NCBI RefSeq assembly: GCF_004010195.1
Contig: NC_057719.1
Coordinates: 86,701,446-86,765,445 of the forward strand
DNA from: Chiloscyllium plagiosum
Lineage: Eukaryota
DNA length: 64,000 bases
Direction of reading: 5' to 3'
Positions 52,111 through 64,000 of this stretch are shown in pieces. The translations under genes were made by a program, and so were the position numbers. Numbering within the stretch: the first letter of the stretch is position 1; each line of letters begins with the position of its first letter. Under the pieces are notes generated by a model. It worked only from the letters and a program-made list of their open reading frames with translations, did no database searches and was not told the DNA's origin.

Positions 52111-52997
52111 CACCAGTCCACCTATGCTTTGCTCAATCTCTGGATTGAGTTGAGGTAACCAATCTTGGGCAGGATTACAACTGAAGCTTTTGTCTTAACT
52201 CCACAAATTAAAGGAAGGAAACTGGTCGAGTTACTGGACTGCTTGCCTGTGACACCTGGCAGAAAAGCAAAAACGCACATTTTTTGGACAGAAAGGCACT
52301 CAGCTATGAGGTTATGTCCAATTAAATGGTCCACAGGGCATATAGTGAGCTTCTGCATAAAACAAATTTCCATTTGAAAGCAACAGGTTCTTCAGTCCTT
52401 CCTGCTTTCAAACTTGTACCTCAGCACCAGTCAACACTTTGCAAGGAGTTAAGTGATGAAAGAAAAAATTATTCCAACTTCCCTCTGTTTAACGTTGCCT
52501 GTGATTATTATTTTACCTGAAGACATAAAGCACTTAGTTACACATTAGGAATTACAAGATTGGGAAGAAGAACAAGTTTGAATTTATCAGATACAACCTA
52601 GGGGCTGACTATTTGCCACGATTGTAGGAATTAAATAAGTTTCTATAGAAAAAGGATTACTACGTCCTACTATCTAGTTATCTGGATGGCTGATTTGATG
52701 TGAACAGCACAAGTTTCATTCTTGCACTGTCTGAGGTTACCATGAAGGTCCTGTCATCTGAACCTCACCTGAGGTTAAATTCACTACCTGTTGTCTCTCC
52801 ATTTCTCTATTGACTATGACAACTACACCTTTTTTTCACTAGCTGCAGGTATGAACCTCAACCATCCTAAGGATCCACATTAGCAGAAATGACAGTGAGA
52901 CACTAAGGGATTAATTTGGTCTGCTGACCTTCAAGAAATTTAAAGTCCCAGGGATAGGGTGGTACGTTTTTCTGTCTTGCAGGTTGAATGTAAAAAA

Positions 52998-53096
52998 AAT
53001 TTACATTGCCATCGCCTACTATTCAAAATCAATTTACATTGTCATCACCTGCTATTCAGAGTAAATTTACACTGCCATCTCCTGCTTTTCAGAATC
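52998..53096 (+). repeat. 33-bp minisatellite, 3 copies
   Basis: aatttacattgccatcgcctactattcaaaatc / aatttacattgtcatcacctgctattcagagta / aatttacactgccatctcctgcttttcagaatc. Confidence 0.9.
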
Positions 53097-54305
53097 AATA
53101 AGAGTATTGCAGTTAAAATTCTGACCACACCCTGCAGTTAAAAGAACGATTTACACCAGATCTCCTCATTAAGTTCTGATCTATATCATATGGTTTCTGG
53201 AAATAATCAAATCACATCATGGTGTCTTGAGTGGCATGTGACTATGGGGGAGCGGCTGGGGGTTGTCTTGTGGGCATTACTGGCTCGGATGTAAAATTCT
53301 GTATTAAAGGGAGGACTGATCCCATTGTTCAGAGATCTCTTGACACACTTCACAAGCACTGCAGAGAGTGTTAAGGGTTCCTCCAAAAGCTTGGACTTGC
53401 TTAATATATTTTGGCTGTTCACAGAAGTTGCCATGTTGCAGTTGCATCAAGTGTGTAAGAATCTCAAGAAAGAGAACCTAACAACTGGACAGGAGCTCTG
53501 TACAGCCTAAGGCCTGTATCAGAATTTGGAATAGACTAGATCCAAACTCTTATCGATAGGATAAGAGAAAGACCTAGGATGGAAGATTTCTGTTTATTGC
53601 ACAAGAATGAAATGTAAGCATACATAATCACAGGGGTATAAATATCGAAGGTTTTCTGTATGTATCAGACAGAGTTCTGCTTAGACAGCCTAAGTCTGAA
53701 ATTATTTGAATAAGTTAACCCTACATACCTATTGCCTCCTGTGGTTGGTGTAGGGAGATTAACCACATACCATCTTCACCTTCCAATGTCAAAAGGGAAA
53801 GGAGTCACTATACCTGGGAGTTCCACAAAATAAGCAAAGCACGATCCAATAATTGTAAAGTATTTTAAATTTCCCTTGATTAACTGAGTTAACCATGTAA
53901 AACAAACCTCCACACAAATATTGAGTACTTTTTCCAAGGAAAGCATGGAAAGTCAAAATGCCCTAAGATCTGCCACATACTGCAGTACTGGGAAACATTT
54001 ACAATCATCATCACCAATTATGTTAGCCCTCTTGAAAAATGGATCTATGCATGTTGGGCTAGTACAAAAGAAGATTTAGCTATGTAATGCAACTGTAGAT
54101 TATAGATTAACAGGACATTACCTTTCTTTATTTACTGAAGCAAAGCCTTTAAGCACTTATATAGGACAAATATGATACAACACTTGTGATTCTTAAGACA
54201 GTAGGGCACCAAGTGCATAATATAAAAAGCAAACATTACGCTGTGATATTGGGCTCAGATTACATTAAACTCTTGACTCTTACACACAGACTCTCATTTC
54301 CATAC

Positions 54306-54408
54306 CTCTCCACAATGATCTTTAGCGAGCTTCACCAGCTCTGCATGCAACCGGTTGCGCTTCTCATTAGACAGGCCTTTTGTTCTCTTTAGCTCAATTT
54401 CTGGAGGT
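54306..54408 (-). CDS. EIF2AK4: GCN2 exon 3 (RWD): PPEIELKRTKGLSNEKRNRLHAELVKLAKDHCGE
   Basis: cccacag|A...GAG|gtatgg; 103 nt; phase 2 to 0. Confidence 0.95.
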
Positions 54409-55286
54409 CTGTGGGAACGACAGTGAAGTAGCATAAATACAAGATCAGTCAGGATATTGTGCATAAAGCTTCAGCCAACAATGATGCATTTCATCAACCC
54501 AGTGCAAAGCACACGTCAAAATCTCACTATCACTGAGCTTGCGAATTAAGAGTACTTTTCTTACCAGTTTTATCTCTTCCCCTTGACTGAAGACTTTATT
54601 GATTACTGGAGTTTATCCAATGAGGAAGTACTCAACACTTGCTGTTACAGTGCTGAGGCAGTTAAATTTTATACTTAAGCCATCAGATGCTGAGAGCAGA
54701 CCACTCAGTCGTGAGCACTGCATTTGATCCAAACCATTCACGCTTAGACGTGCGAACACACTAAACCTCAGGATGAGAGCCCAATAAAATTTTGCTTTCA
54801 ACTCCAGCTTTACATCAGCCTGAGAACAGAACTTGAGGCTGAAGGAATTGTAAGTTGAGGGTTAAGAGTTTATAATAACCACATCATCTTAGTTTTCTGT
54901 ACTTTTGACTGCGCACTGAAATGAGAAAGGAACTATTTTAAAAACCAAGGATTGTTGAAGGATTCCTGCGCCAATTAAAAGGAAGCAACCTGAAATTTAT
55001 TATAAGTATTGTTTACACAGTTGCTTGTTCAACCAGTAGTAGAAGCCTAGTTTCAGATGGGCTGGAGCCAAGAGGTGTATTTCAATGGAGCTTTGGCTGG
55101 CAACAAGTTCCTGATTTATCTATGAACTCGAAACCAATTATCGATGACAAAAGCTTTCTGCCTGCCAACAGTTATGTAATTGGCTCCCAGGTAGTAAAGC
55201 AACTTGGGGGAGTGAACCAAAAACAGAAATTGCTGGCAAAACTCAGCAGATCTGGCAGCATCGGTGGGGAGATACTTTCTGCTTGG

Positions 55287-55628
55287 GGAGGCTATGGCCT
55301 AGTGCTATTATCACTGGACCGTCAATCCAGAGATCCAGGTAACATTCTGGGGACCCAGGTTCGAATCCTGCCACAGCAGATTGTGGGCATTTGTATTCAA
55401 TAAGAATCTGGAATTAAGAGTCTCATGATGACCATGAAACCATTGTCGACTGTAGGAAAAATCTATCTGGTTTATTAATGTCCTTTAGGGCATGAAACGG
55501 CCATCATCACCTAATCTGGATTACGTTTGGACTCCAGAACCACAGCAATTGGTTAACTGCCCTTTGGGATGGGCAATAAATGCTGGCCCAACCAGCGACA
55601 CCTTCATCCTATGAATGAATAATAAAAA
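55287..55628 (+). mobile_element. Second SINE family copy, nested in a Penelope-like terminal fragment
   Basis: TGGCCTAGTG and GGTTCGAATCC boxes; tail atgaatgaataataaaaa. Confidence 0.8.
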
Positions 55629-57476
55629 ATGCTTCCAGACCTGCTGAGTTGTACCAGCAATTCCTGTTTTCATTTCAGATCGCCACCATCTGCAGTTCTT
55701 TGTGTAACTTTGGGGGAGTGAATGTTTGAAAGAAGCAATATGATCTGAAAAGATATGTTATAAAGCGGAGGTTGGCCCCCGTCTGAGAACTAAAGACCCA
55801 AAGGGGAGCATTTTGCCCAATATTCTGTAAAAAGTGTGCGAGAAAGGTGTAACCAGTCTTTCAGCAATGTCTAATGGTTAAATAAAGTAAATCCCTGACA
55901 CTCACTTTAAAATTAACAAGTGACAATTTATTTAACTCCAGCAGTGAAAAAATTAACTAAACTATTAACAAACCGAATAAATCCCTTCTAACTACTAACT
56001 ATTCCCGAATAAAACAGGATTCTAATGGTGTGCTGTTCCAATAAACACAAGTCCCACTCATATAACAAAAAAAAACAGAATTCAGTCTCTCGAAATTACA
56101 CAAGTTACGTGTCTTCCAGAATGTTCTGTGCGTCTTCCAATGGAGGAATGCGTTTTCCGCTGATTCTTCTATCAGAAATGCCTTCTTCATCATTCTTCTG
56201 TCAGAAATTTAAATGGTGTTTTTTCTATAACATAGATGACTGTGAGAACCAATTTCTCTCAAGAGAGAGAGCTAAGGGCACTTAGCTCTGACAGATGGCA
56301 GTTAGCTCTCGGATCTTTGTCCAACTGCCTCCTTCTTTTGTACCCTTGATGATATATCAATATTTCTTACAATAGGATTGGTCCTATGTTGTTGAAACTA
56401 TCAGATTTTAATCTAGTAAGTTTCTGGTATCTAAGGGCCTGATTCAAATTGATTGTCTTCATAAAAACTGCTGCTTGACCTGCTAACTGTACGGCCTTTC
56501 TAAAGAAGATAGCTTTTAAAGTGGCATTCTGGTCAGTATGAGAATCAAGTCAGCAAACCCTGTGGATAATGATCGTTGGACTGCCTTCCCAGTATTTCAC
56601 TCTACTCATGACATCCATGTGTATTCCCCCCCCCACCACCTCTGTGTCTATGTTTGTAGGACAGGTTGAAGTTTTAATGAGGCGCGTTAGACGTCAACAG
56701 TTTGTAATTGTTTAACTGCAATTAGAATTTATTGATTTGTAATAAATAATGATTGTTCTTACATACAGAAACCTAGTCTGTGCTTTCTGTCAAACTGGGT
56801 CTTAAAAACAGGTAAATGGGGGAATTCTGCTTTCTAACAATCTTTAACTTCTGTGACAACTCCAGGAATAGTGAGGCTCGATTCCTGGTGCACTACTCCA
56901 GTGAGGCATGACAAGTTGGAGTCAATCAATTTTGCATGTTTATGGTTCAGCCTCTCACTAAATAGACTTGCTGACCCAACATGAGCTGGACTCATAGACA
57001 ACACCACCAAAAAATGCAACACAAAACCGCATCAGTATGTGAATACACAAATTATATGCAGAGGTCACAAGAAAGAAAAGTAAACATGAATAAAGGATTA
57101 AAGTGCCAGCAGCAACCCTGGCAGTCATTAAGAGTCAAAAATATATACATGTTACTTTATCTGGGTGTACAACATTCCAGTGGGATTTGACACATGAAGG
57201 CAGTAGCCATTCTGAACTTTGTTGAAGTGACACAAGTGTGACTGAGCCTAACTTGCAAATATAATTAAGGCGTTGTGCTGTTCCAATAGGTTGAGTTCAG
57301 ATGTGGACTGGTGTCAAAGGTATAGCGCGAGAGTGGGAATATGGACAAAGCAGATTGTGTGTGTGTGTAGGTTACAATCAATAGGAACAGAAATAGATTA
57401 CTCGGCACCTCAAGCACACTTAAAATACAATTAAATCATGGCTAATGTGTTCCTTAACGCCATTTATCACCCTTGA

Positions 57477-57976
57477 NNNNNNNNNNNNNNNNNNNNNNNN
57501 NNNNNNNNNNNNNNNNNNNNNNNNNNNNNNNNNNNNNNNNNNNNNNNNNNNNNNNNNNNNNNNNNNNNNNNNNNNNNNNNNNNNNNNNNNNNNNNNNNNN
57601 NNNNNNNNNNNNNNNNNNNNNNNNNNNNNNNNNNNNNNNNNNNNNNNNNNNNNNNNNNNNNNNNNNNNNNNNNNNNNNNNNNNNNNNNNNNNNNNNNNNN
57701 NNNNNNNNNNNNNNNNNNNNNNNNNNNNNNNNNNNNNNNNNNNNNNNNNNNNNNNNNNNNNNNNNNNNNNNNNNNNNNNNNNNNNNNNNNNNNNNNNNNN
57801 NNNNNNNNNNNNNNNNNNNNNNNNNNNNNNNNNNNNNNNNNNNNNNNNNNNNNNNNNNNNNNNNNNNNNNNNNNNNNNNNNNNNNNNNNNNNNNNNNNNN
57901 NNNNNNNNNNNNNNNNNNNNNNNNNNNNNNNNNNNNNNNNNNNNNNNNNNNNNNNNNNNNNNNNNNNNNNNNNNNN
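57477..57976. other. Assembly gap (500 N)
   Basis: N run. Confidence 1.
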
Positions 57977-58261
57977 ACATCACAAACCTCTTTGCTTGTA
58001 TACATTTATTTGGCAGATGGTATTCTCTGCCTGCTGACAAAATAGAAGAACTTGATAGGTATTTACTAGAGATTATGGAACTGTGGTTATATCAACCCCT
58101 TCACAGCAGAGGAAATTCAGATTTGGATAAGTTCAAAGAGACAACATTGTATAGCTGTGGATGGAAGTATGCTGGACATATCTACAAGCGAAGGACTGCT
58201 ATGGTTTAAGAAGGCACCCCAGCACCACCTTATCAAAGGTAATGCTGACAACACCACCTTT

Positions 58262-58940
58262 ATAGGCCACTATCAAACAATAAGGCAGAAAATAGGAAGG
58301 AGATAGAGTGTTTGGTGTCATGGTGCAATGATAAAAATCTCTCTCTCAATATTGCAAAACAAAAAAAACTGACCATTGCATTTAGGAAGAAATGCGTCCG
58401 TAGTTTGATCAATGGAGCTGATGTGGAGAGGGTTGAGAAAGTCAAGTACCTAGGAGTGACGATAACCAACAATCTGTTGGACTACCAGTCAAAAAGGCAC
58501 AACTTGCTTGGTATGGCAACTGCTCTGCCAAGTACAGTAAAAAACTACAGAAAGTTGTGTGCACAGCCCAAACCATCACAGAAGCCAACCTTTCATTTAC
58601 AGTCCTTGTTGCCATGGGAAAAAAAAACCCTCCCACCCACCACTCTCTTCCAACTTCTTTCATCAGACAGAAAATACAGAAGCCTGAACACATGGTCCAA
58701 CAGGTTCAAGAAAAACTTCTGTTGTTAACAGACTGATGAATGGACCTTTCTAATCTCAAATCTAATGCTGATCTTACTTTTGTGCACCTCCTGTGCAGTC
58801 GTAACCTTGTATGCTTTGTTCTATCTAAGCACCCTATGATCTGTATGTTTCTATTTATTACAATCTGCTTGTATTGCATGCAAAACAAAACTTTTCACTG
58901 TACTTAAATACATGTGACAACAATAAATCAAATCAAATTA
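58262..58940 (+). mobile_element. Rex1/Babar-like non-LTR retrotransposon 3' fragment
   Basis: LVSWCNDKNLSLN.AK.K, INGADVERVEKVKYLGVTITNNL; tail aataaatcaaatcaaat. Confidence 0.75.
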
Positions 58941-59269
58941 GGCATGGACAACGAGTACTGGCCTACCAGTGACAGCCACATTTGTGATCAAATATTTTTA
59001 AAAATTAACACAGAAGTTACTTTTGGACAAGGAAATTAAATGTCAAATTGTAACAGGTCTCTCTGAACTGGCATCAGGTTCCAATTTTCTTCGGACAATA
59101 AAACAACTTTAAACTAGACACAGCACTGCAAACCTTTAAATTTCCTCCACACAAAAAAAACACAAAAAGATCTGGATTTGCAAATTAAAAGGTTGCCTTT
59201 TACCACAAAGAGGCTTTTGCACCTTTTGACAGAACAACAGGTTTGTGAACCAGTTTCACTTTCCAATAG

Positions 59270-60775
59270 CCATAATAGTCAGCACAGTTTCATGAAAGGG
59301 AAATCATGTCTGAATCATTTATTTGCGTTTCTTGAGGAGGCCTCCCCACTATCCACTCTGGTTGAACCAGTTGATGGTTGTAAGTGGACTTCCAGAAGGT
59401 GTTCAACAAAATACCTCACAAAAGGTCAAATCATAAGATAACAGCTTATGGCATTGGAGGTAGTACATTGGAGTGAATAGAAAATTGATTAATGGGCAGG
59501 AAGCAGTGGGTGGAGATAAGGGGTTCTTTTACAGGTTGATAACCGGTTACCAGTGGGTTTTACACAAGGATCACTACTGTGACCACAATGTTTACAATAT
59601 ATATTAATGGCTTGGAGGAAGGAAGCAAATGTACTGCAGATTTGCAATGACACAAAAATATGTGGAAAGCCAAGTTATGAGAGGGCTACAAACAGTTAGG
59701 GAGAACTGTTCTTTAGTTTTCCCTAAAAAAACCCCAACAACTTCACAATTTCCCACATTATTCTCCATTTGCCAATGTTTTGCTGATTATTTAATCTATT
59801 AGTATCTCCCCAGTTAATTTTGTTGAGGAGAACAAAACAACATATTACTTAATGGAGAAAAACTGCAGAAAGCTGCAACATAAAGGAACTTGGGTTACTT
59901 GTGCACAAAATCATAGAATATCTACAGTGTGGAAGTAGGCCATTCGGCCCACCAATTCCACTCCAACCCTCCGGACAGCATCCCACCCAGACCCACCACC
60001 TTTCCTATCCCTGTAACCCTGCATTTCCCATGGCTAATCCACCTAGCCTGCATATCTTTGGACTGTTGGGAGAGAATGTGCAAACTCCACACAGTCAGTC
60101 ACCTGAGGAAGAAGCAGCAAATAATCAGGAAGGCTTATTGAATTAAATTTATTTCAAGTGTATTGGAGTATATAAGGGTAGGGAAGTCTTACTGCAACTG
60201 TACAAAAGCGCAGGTGAGACCATCTCTGGAGTATTGTGAGCAGTTTTGGTCCCCTTATTTAAGAAAAGTTACCATTTCATTGGAGGCAGTTCACAGAAGG
60301 TTCACTAGGATGATACCTGGTGTTGAGGGATTGTCTAAATGAGCAAAATCTATACAGATTGGGGCTCTACTCATTGGAATTTAGAAGAATGAGAGGTGAT
60401 CTCATTGAAACATAGAGGTTTCTTAAAGGGTTTGACAGGGTAAATGCTGAGAGGATGTTTCACCTGATGGGAGAGTCTAAAGCCAGACAGCATACTCTCA
60501 GAATCAATGGGCAGCCATTTAAGACCAGGTTGAAGAGGACTTTCTTTTCTCAGAGGGTTGAGTGTCTTTGGAACTCACCACAGTCAGCTGTGATTCCTTG
60601 TATGTATTTAAGGCTGAGATAGATGGACAGATTCTTCACCGTTAGGAGAATCAAAGGTTATGGAGAAAGGGCAGGAAAGTGGAAATAAGGAGTGTCGAAT
60701 TAGCCATGATCCTATTGAACGGCAGAGCAGCCTCAAGGAGCTGAACAACCTACGCTTGTTCCTATTTCTTATGGC
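59270..60775 (+). mobile_element. Decayed CR1 LINE RT region
   Basis: SQHSFMKGKSCL; gcagttcacagaaggttcactaggatgatacc. Confidence 0.85.
59912..60105 (-). mobile_element. Partial HE1-related SINE nested in a CR1
   Basis: Reverse complement resembles the SINE body and tail (ccatggctaatccacctagcctgcatatctttggactg). Confidence 0.65.
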
Positions 60776-62642
60776 CAAATGGCATAAATGACAACACTGT
60801 GTTGTCTACCTTTGTCTATGCTATACCTCTGTTTCCAAAAACTTTAACTTAAGCGCTTTCCATATTGTCCATTGTGTATATCACATACATTGATTACAGT
60901 ACTCATTAAATCAGACTAATTTTAGCACAATAATTTTGACAACTACCATTTAAATAGAACTGCTTTCATAAATGACAAACACTATGTTTTACAGCTATCC
61001 ATACAAATGACAAATTTGAATTTCAGCAACGTGAAGTTAAGTGGTGAGCAATTTAAGACACAATCACTTACTTACTTTCTAAGTGATGCAAAGTCACTGT
61101 GGTGACAGTCTTAAATTGGATATTGCAAAAAAATGCACAATAGTACATTTTCTCTCTTGATATCTTATTTGAGGCAGGTTGAGACCAGCTGTAAAAGCCC
61201 GAACAGCTATGATTCTGGATATCACACAGTACACATACAAACTTGGATCACACGCAGTTGCATGTGGGAGATGGAAATGACAAATTGATACAGATGGTAA
61301 CTTCAGACACGGATTAAAATTAAGAGACAATTTCTTGGAATGTAATATGAATTTCCACCATTCTGGGCAATACCTCTCCTCTTTTGAAAACTCTTAACAC
61401 AGATCACTGATGTCAATCAAAGCTTTTGCAACTCCAACAAAACTTGATGGGGCACTTGGACAAAGTCTTAAACACAAATCCATCACCTTGAAATTTAGCT
61501 ATTTTGTTCAGGCTTTTATAACTTCTCCTAACGTTCTCATGTCATGTTAAAGCCTCAACTCTGCAGTGGAGCTTTCAATATCCCTGGTATTTGTGATCCG
61601 TTGCAAGATATTTCTCTCCTTGCTCATTCTTATACAAACAGAGTCATAAACCAAATTTCCATTAAATTTTGTGATCACTTCCACTCTTTTTAAGTAGGAT
61701 ATTATTTTCCTAATCAATTTCTGACATGTTAAAATCATCAGCAAGTACCGTTAATTCCTTACCAACCACCTTCCTTATCCCTTCCCAAATTTCTGGATCA
61801 GCACTTTTACCCAGCCTGTAATGGTCCAAGTCATATCACAAGGAATAGCTCACCTTTGCTAACATCTATGAACACTTGCCTTTCGGTTGTATTTTCCCAA
61901 CCCCATGAAAGGTGGGATTGGAAACAAGAAAATTGGGCAAAGCCATGTCAGTCAACTCCCTGACACATTCCTACCTCTGACATGCTTTTCCAACATTGGT
62001 CTGGGACCAGGTTCAGCAATTCTCGACTTACAGATAATTTTGCCCCCACCAAACTTCCCTTTCTCTCTACCTTCACACCCTGAACCCCCTCCACCATAGC
62101 CCGCAGTGTGGAGGCCGCCGGCTGACTGAAATCGCAGGCCAGAATACGATCAAAGCTGGAGACTCCATACCCTAATGGCCTCTTAAAGATTAAAGGCAGC
62201 AACCACATCCATCACAATTCCTATGGAAGGCATGCTCCTGCACTGCAACAGCCTTGCTGTTTTCAGGTCTCTTCAGCTGACAACTGCTGTGCAGGCAAGT
62301 GTGGGCACCTCCATGCTGAGGGACCCTCACACTCACCTGACTGGGCAATGCCCTTCCCTCCTTACTGGACTATATCTTATAAGTTGCCTACAAAACATTG
62401 CTTGGTGCCCTCATATCTTATTTGTCAGCTATTGTTCATTAATGCAAGCACTTTGATTCTCTGGTTTCACATTTACACGCTTACCACATACTAGCAATAT
62501 CAGCATTTTCCCACCCTCCCAACAATAAAGTTAACTTATCAAAGTTTTTTCAACCTATGCAGCTGGTTTTTAAACAGTATCTTCTGGTCACCAGTCCTCA
62601 ACAGTTTCAGAGGTATAAATTTGCTCTGCATTGAATTGGAAA

Positions 62643-63776
62643 TAGAGTCATAGAGATGTACAGCATGGAAACAGACCCTTCGGTCCAACCCGTCCATGCC
62701 AACCAGATATCCCAACACAATTTAGCCCCACCTGCCAGCACCCGACCCATATCCCTCCATATCCCTTCCTATTCATATACCCATCCAAATGCCTCTTAAA
62801 TGTTACAATTGCACCAGCCTCCACCACATCCTCTGGCAGCTCATTCCATACATGTACCACCCTCTGCGTGAAAAAGTTGCCCATCAGGTCTCTTTTATAT
62901 CTTTCCCCCCTCACCCTAAACCTACGCCCTCTAGTTCTGGACTTCCCGACCCCAGGGAAAAGACTTTGCCTATTTATCCTATCCATGCCCCTCATGATTT
63001 TGTAAACCGCTGTAAGGTCACCCCTCAGCCTCCGACGCCCCAGCCTGTTCGGCCTCTCCCTATAGCTTAAATCCTCCAACCCTTGCAATACCCTTGTAAA
63101 TCTTTTCTGAACCCTTTTAAGTTTCACAACATCTTTCCGGCAGGAAGGAGACCAGAATTGCAATATTCCAACAGTGGCCTAACCAATGTAATGTACAGCC
63201 GCAACATGACACCCCCCCCCCAACTCCTGTACTCAATACTCTGACCAATAAAAGAAACCATACCAAACACCTTCTTCATGATCTTATCGACCTGCGACTC
63301 CACTTTCAAGGAGTTATGAACTTGCACTCCAAGGTCTCTTTGTTCAGCAACACTCCCTTGGACCTTACCATTAAGTATCCAAGGAGCAGGAGAATCGATG
63401 TTTCGGGCATGAGCCCTTCTTCCGAAACGTCGATTCTCCTGCTCCTTGGATGCTGCTGCGCTTTTCCAGCAACACATTTTCAGCTCTGATCTCCAGCATC
63501 TGCAGTCCTCACTTTCTCCTTGCCATTAAGTGTATAAGTCCTGCTGAGATTTGCTTTCCCAAAATGCAGCACCTCGCATTTATCTGAATTAAACTCCATC
63601 TGCCACTTCTCAGCCCACTGGCCCATCTGGTCAAGATCCTGTTGTAATCTGAGGTAACCTTCTTCGATGTCCAATACACCTCCAATTTTGGTGTCATGTG
63701 CAAACTTACTAACTGTACCTCTAATGCTCACATCCAAATAATTTATGTAACTGACAAAAAGTAGTGGACCCAGCAA
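62643..63776 (-). mobile_element. Young CR1 LINE 3' fragment carrying a nested Penelope-derived insert
   Basis: LGPLLFV, KFAHDTK, RRLRGDL, FFTQRVV; closely similar to 24881-25660. Confidence 0.92.
63377..63517 (+). mobile_element. 141-bp Penelope-like terminal insert with 5' inversion and 14-bp TSD
   Basis: Nearly identical to 5172-5278; TSD ccttaccattaagt (63363-63376) and ccttgccattaagt (63518-63531). Confidence 0.85.
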
Positions 63777-63865
63777 CGATGTGTGCAGTTATGCCCGGCC
63801 TAACAACTGTATGCACAATCCCACCAAATTCCAAAGTTCTGGCAGAGAGAGGACCAGGTACTCAC

Positions 63866-63981
63866 ACATCTGGGTACTTGACTGGGCAATTGACATGTAA
63901 ATCCACAGCAACGTGACTGTCTGCAACATTGATCAATCCCCGAGGGTGCAGCGCAATGCAGATTTCTGGGGGACGTTTCAC
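63866..63981 (-). CDS. EIF2AK4: GCN2 exon 2 (RWD domain): VKRPPEICIALHPRGLINVADSHVAVDLHVNCPVKYPD(V)
   Basis: ttccag|GTG...GAT GT|gtgagt; 116 nt; RWD YPD motif. Read manually, absent from the ORF track. Confidence 0.93.
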
Positions 63982-64000
63982 CTGGAACAGAGACCTTAAT

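Larger units (their letters stand above)
6592..63981 (-). other. EIF2AK4: EIF2AK4/GCN2 gene, partial: coding exons 2-15 (gene extends beyond both window edges)
   Basis: 14 exons join in frame across GT-AG introns (2424 nt, 808 codons). Translation matches GCN2: RWD domain YPD-V-PPEI, pseudokinase, kinase GEGAFGAV, YAVK and HYLYIQMEYCEKSTL. Confidence 0.97.

Noticed and set aside
52998..53096. 33-bp repeats as a CRISPR array
   Set aside because: Head-to-tail tandem units with no spacers, in a vertebrate intron, with no cas genes.
57420..58209. Long ORFs of 183-254 aa
   Set aside because: They simply read through the 500-N assembly gap.

Overview
Repeat-rich vertebrate genomic DNA, most likely from a shark or other elasmobranch (inferred from HE1-type SINEs and CR1/Penelope content; species not determinable here). 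The whole window lies inside one minus-strand gene, EIF2AK4 (GCN2). I traced 14 consecutive coding exons (2-15 by human numbering), all GT-AG with matching phases, totalling 2424 nt (808 codons). They cover the RWD domain, charged linker, pseudokinase, and the kinase N-lobe, insert and hinge region. Exon 1 lies beyond the right edge and exon 16 onward was not found, so it presumably lies beyond the left edge. Introns are filled with CR1 LINE fragments, tRNA-derived SINEs, Penelope-like elements carrying minimal hammerhead ribozyme motifs, Tigger-type MITEs, a Rex1-like LINE and a decayed LTR element with apparent Gmr1-like domain order. The most unusual items are a tandem copy of the exon-14 3' end and splice donor with only synonymous differences, an orphan antisense RGS-domain exon, hammerhead motifs sense to the GCN2 pre-mRNA, and a TSD-bounded inverted Penelope insertion. 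I found no convincing wholly new biological system. Repeat boundaries are approximate.
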